From Protoeuglena noctilucae (Eukaryota): a stretch of DNA of 64,000 bases. The position numbers and the translations under genes are program-made. Under the pieces are notes generated by a model. It worked only from the letters and a program-made list of their open reading frames with translations. It searched no databases and had not been told where the DNA came from. The DNA lies in NCBI GenBank assembly GCA_958009085.1, contig OY253677.1:1-64000 (forward strand), read 5' to 3'. This document shows positions 60,604 through 64,000 of the stretch, one piece after another (position 1 is the stretch's first letter; each line of letters starts with the position of its first letter).

Positions 60604-60874
60604 TGCGGCGCGGCGGGGCAGGGAGCGTGACGGTGCCGAGTAGCTGGACGAATTGCGTGTCGCGACCAGGGAGCGTCACGAAAGCGGGCGTCTGGGGAGC
60701 GGCTGCACGATGACGCGTTGCAATCACTTGAAGGGTGCAGATCCAGGTGAGGGACGCGGGAATCGATGCGATCAACTTGCTAGATGGTCTGGTAGGCATC
60801 CCGCAAGCCCTACTAGGCTAGAGCACCTCTCGGGGCCGCCTGTGCTGCAGCGCCAGAGACTACAGCTCCATACG

Positions 60875-62072
60875 CTAACTCGGCGTGGCCCGCTGGAACC
60901 CCTCGTCGAAGCCCCCGCTGCCGAGCAGCACGCCCCCCCCGATGACCTTGCTGAACTTGCTCCTCCTGCGCTCCTCGAAGTCCTCAAACCCCGGCGTGGA
61001 CGTCAGGGCCTCGGCCGTTAGGGGGTTGTGGTGCAGCGACAGGGTGTGCAGGGCGGTGCACTGCACCAGGACGGCCGTGGGCACTGCCGCGACGGCGTTG
61101 TTGTCGAGGTTCAGGCGCTTCAGCCGCGCCAGGCGCCCCAGGGACGCAGGGATCTCTGCACGAAGAGTGGCTGGGCACTGAGATGACTCTCTGCAAGAGC
61201 AGTGGTCATCTCCACCCTTCTCATGCCATGCACGCCCGCACCGCACCCTGTATGACTTTATTATGGCTTAAATCGAGCTCCTCCAGGCTGGCGCAGTCCC
61301 CCAGGGCGTCCGGCAGCGTCGCGATGGAGTTGCCAGACGCCACCAGCACACGCAGGGACGAGAGGTGGCCCACGGTCTTCGGAAGAGCCTTGAGGGCACT
61401 GCATGGGGATGCTTGTAAGGAGACTCCCTCAACCAAGGCGTCTGAAAGCGGACAGTGCCCAGTGCTGCGCCTGCACCTGCGCCTGCGCGACCCTCACCAG
61501 TCGGCCACCTGCAGCGTCTGCAGGCTGCGAAGGGACCCGACCTCGTCCGGCAAAACCCCCAGGCGCTCGTTGCGATCCAGCACCAGCACCCGCAGCTTGT
61601 CCAGTCCAGCGATGGCGGGGTGGATGCGCGTCAGGGAGTTGCATGCCAGGTTCAGGGTCGTCAGCCCGGGCAGCCGGGCAATGGCAGCGGGCACCTCCCC
61701 GAGACGGTTCTGCGCCGCGTCTACTGCCCTCGCCGCGTCCCCCACCTGCGAGGTGAGGTGAGATGCCCTGTGTGTCGGGAGAGCCCGCCCTTGCGTGCCA
61801 AGGCGTTGTTTTGAGCCACGCCGAGTCTCTATCGCCTCACCTCCCAGACTTCTGAAGGCCACGCGGACAGATGCATGTCGCGGATCCTGGGGGCACGAAT
61901 CGGCAATTGCGGGGCGATATATCGGGCTCGAGAGCGACGCTGACATTTGCAACGTCACAGAGCGTCACCCGATGGCCCCCGAGGCGCGCCAGGTGGTCAC
62001 GCGCTCAGAAAGGGGCGCTCCAGACGTCTGCGTTTCCTCAGGGGTGCCGAGCTTGCCGCAACAATTCCCCAT
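60875..62072 (-). CDS. Leucine-rich repeat protein (LRRC57-like) with N-terminal myristoylation/palmitoylation motif, 5 exons
   Basis: MGNCCGK...WRASGAIG|IRDMHL..., LxxLxLxxN repeats, C-terminal LSLHHNPL...PGFEDFEERRRSKFSKVIGGGVLLGSGGFDEG. Confidence 0.88.
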
Positions 62073-62478
62073 GATTGGACCAAAGACATGCAGAGCTGGC
62101 CTTGTCTTGCCAAGGAGACTATGTGCGTCTCTATTGCAGGGGGTCGCTTAAACTTTTATCGTCTCTTTACAGCAGCAGAGAAAGCGCCGCTTCTGAGGCA
62201 ATGGGCGTTCACTGGCGCAGCGCCGGCACTGGGGTTTCAGCAATTCATTGAACCGCGCCCGCAAAAGGGACTGTGGACGGCATCCTCGTCACCTCATCTC
62301 TCGCCACATGATCCAGCTGTACCCGTTGCATCGATAACCTGTTCCGAAAAGCCAGCCTAAGCCTGCTCGCTCGCTTTCCAGTCACAGCTTGGACCTGTTC
62401 GCGCACCTGCGATCGCTGCGCCGCCAGTATCCCCTCTAGCTCCTGCTAGCTCCCCGTCGTGACTCTCCGGCGCTCCGG

Positions 62479-63680
62479 ATGGGGCGGGGGACGCGCCACA
62501 GCAAGAATGCGGGGGGTTACGGGTCCGAGGCGCTTACTTACCACGAGAAGCGCGCTCTGGGATATGGGACGGTCAAGGAGCGGCTGGGGAAGGTGCGGTC
62601 AGGCGTGGCGCTAGGCAGGTCCGCGGCGGCGGGGTGGTTTTGACGGAACGCGACCCCGTGCCTCCGTTTCGGCCGGCAGGACTCCGTGGGAAACTACGAC
62701 GACTGTCAGTTGTCGCTGACAACGGCGAAGGACCCCGTGGCCACGCCCGAGGGCGTCATCTACGACCGGGAGGCCATCCTCCACTGCCTGGTGCAGCAGA
62801 AGAAGGACATTAAGCGCAAGATGGCCGCATGGGAGGCAGCGGAGCAGAGCGAGCGCGACAAGTGAGCGAGTCGGCTGTCAGCAACTGCGCTGACGGCGGC
62901 TCGCCAGGTCGCGCGGCGCGACGACCGCTGCTCGCCGGTGCAGGGAGGCCGAGCGCGAGTGGGTGGACAGCCAGGCGCGGCTGCTGCAGTTCGAGCGGAC
63001 GCAGGCGGCGGGGCTGAGCGACCGAAGCGCCCGGGAGATCGCCGACGCTGTCAGGGCCGAGGCGGCCGCGGACAGGTGCGGTGTGAGAGGCACAGGTGTG
63101 GCTGGGTTCCCCCAGCGTGCACGCTGAGAGTAGGAGTGGCAGGACCTCGTAGTGTTTCTCTGCAAGCAGGTCGGTGGCTGCGAGCGTGGTGGCCATCCGT
63201 GAGAAGGAGGACCTCCGCCGGGACGTGCGGTCCTTTTGGCACGTGGACGCCCACGACGGGGCGGCGGTGCGGGCGCGGCCGGACAAGCCGGACACAGAGA
63301 CGCGGTGCCCCGTGACGGGCAAGCGCCTGCGCCTGAAGGACCTGGTGGACGTGCGGTGGACGCGGGTGACGGACGCGGGGCCGGGGGGGCCGCGTCACAT
63401 GGACCCGGTGACGAAGGACGCCTTCACGAACCGGAGCCACCTGGTGCTGCTGCGCGCCACGGGGGACGTGATGCACCGCGAGACGTACAAGAAGTTCGTG
63501 CAGCCGACGGGGGAGTTCAACGGCCGGCGCGTGAGGGCATCGGACGTGGTGGAGCTGCGGCGCGGGGGAACGGGCTACGCCGCGCACGACGAGCAGCTCG
63601 AGGCCAAGCGCGCCACGCAGATGGGCATCAACTCGGCCAGCTGGCAGAACGACTCCAAGTGGGGGCTGAAGTTTCGATGA
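62479..63680 (+). CDS. NOSIP: Nitric oxide synthase-interacting protein (NOSIP; U-box/RING E3, spliceosome-associated), 4 exons
   Basis: RHSKNAG...TYHEKRALGYGTVKERLGK|DSVGNYDDCQLSL...DPVATPEGVIYDREAIL; RSFW; CPVTGKRLRLKDL; DPVTKD; RGGTGYA. Confidence 0.93.
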
Positions 63681-64000
63681 TGAGCGGACGCGCGGGGCAC
63701 GTCGCTTGAACAGAAGGCCCTGCGCGGCAGTGAGACAACGCAACGCATGAATCTCTCTCGGCGGTGGCCGTCCAGAGACGGGCCGCGGCAGGCAATGCAG
63801 CGAGCGCGCGCACCTCTAGTATGGCCAGGTGGTGGCCGGGTGCCTCCTCTCCTTGTGCCAACCCATGACGTCCTTAAGGCCGGCATATGCCGTCGCTGCG
63901 AGGGAAAAGCAGGCCGCGCGTTTGCGGAACGGCGCCGCGAGCGACCCCGGAAGGGCCGGCAGGACGGACGAGCGAACGGCGGCCGCTGTGGGGGACCAGG

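Noticed and set aside
1..64000. tRNA, rRNA, snRNA genes, SECIS elements or UGA-selenoproteins
   Set aside because: None recognised by eye. tRNAscan-SE, Infernal and SECISearch would be needed to exclude them.

Overview
Left end of a chromosome from a GC-rich, intron-rich eukaryote, most likely a flagellated green alga. Evidence: a (CCCTAA)n telomere at 1-232, plastid-type IF2 and RsmE, axonemal dynein p28 and SECIS-binding protein 2. All genes are spliced, so most ORF-track entries are exon fragments or shadow ORFs. Core genes: symplekin, RsmE, RPB4, a pyridoxamine-phosphate-oxidase-like FMN protein, kinesin-8, p28, SBP2, plastid IF2, an LRRC57-like protein and NOSIP. Most notable observations: (1) a lower-GC ~7.2 kb insert (~20810-28035), bracketed by a duplicated piece of the host FMN-protein gene, encodes a USP53/54-like deubiquitinase, a ubiquitin-tail mimic LRLRGG, EsV-1-7-type Cys/His repeats and a possible GIY-YIG-like domain, with a Helitron-like hairpin at its right edge; (2) the telomere abuts an intron in the middle of a subtilase domain of an otherwise intact ~2,500-aa surface protein gene; (3) at least 15 introns use AG|GC donors; (4) a GPI-anchored protein has two Ly6/uPAR-like domains; (5) a ~14 kb island (~40-54 kb) holds pseudo-enzymes and decaying genes. 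Exon models were read by hand, family calls rest on motif recognition rather than database searches, and boundaries are approximate where stated.
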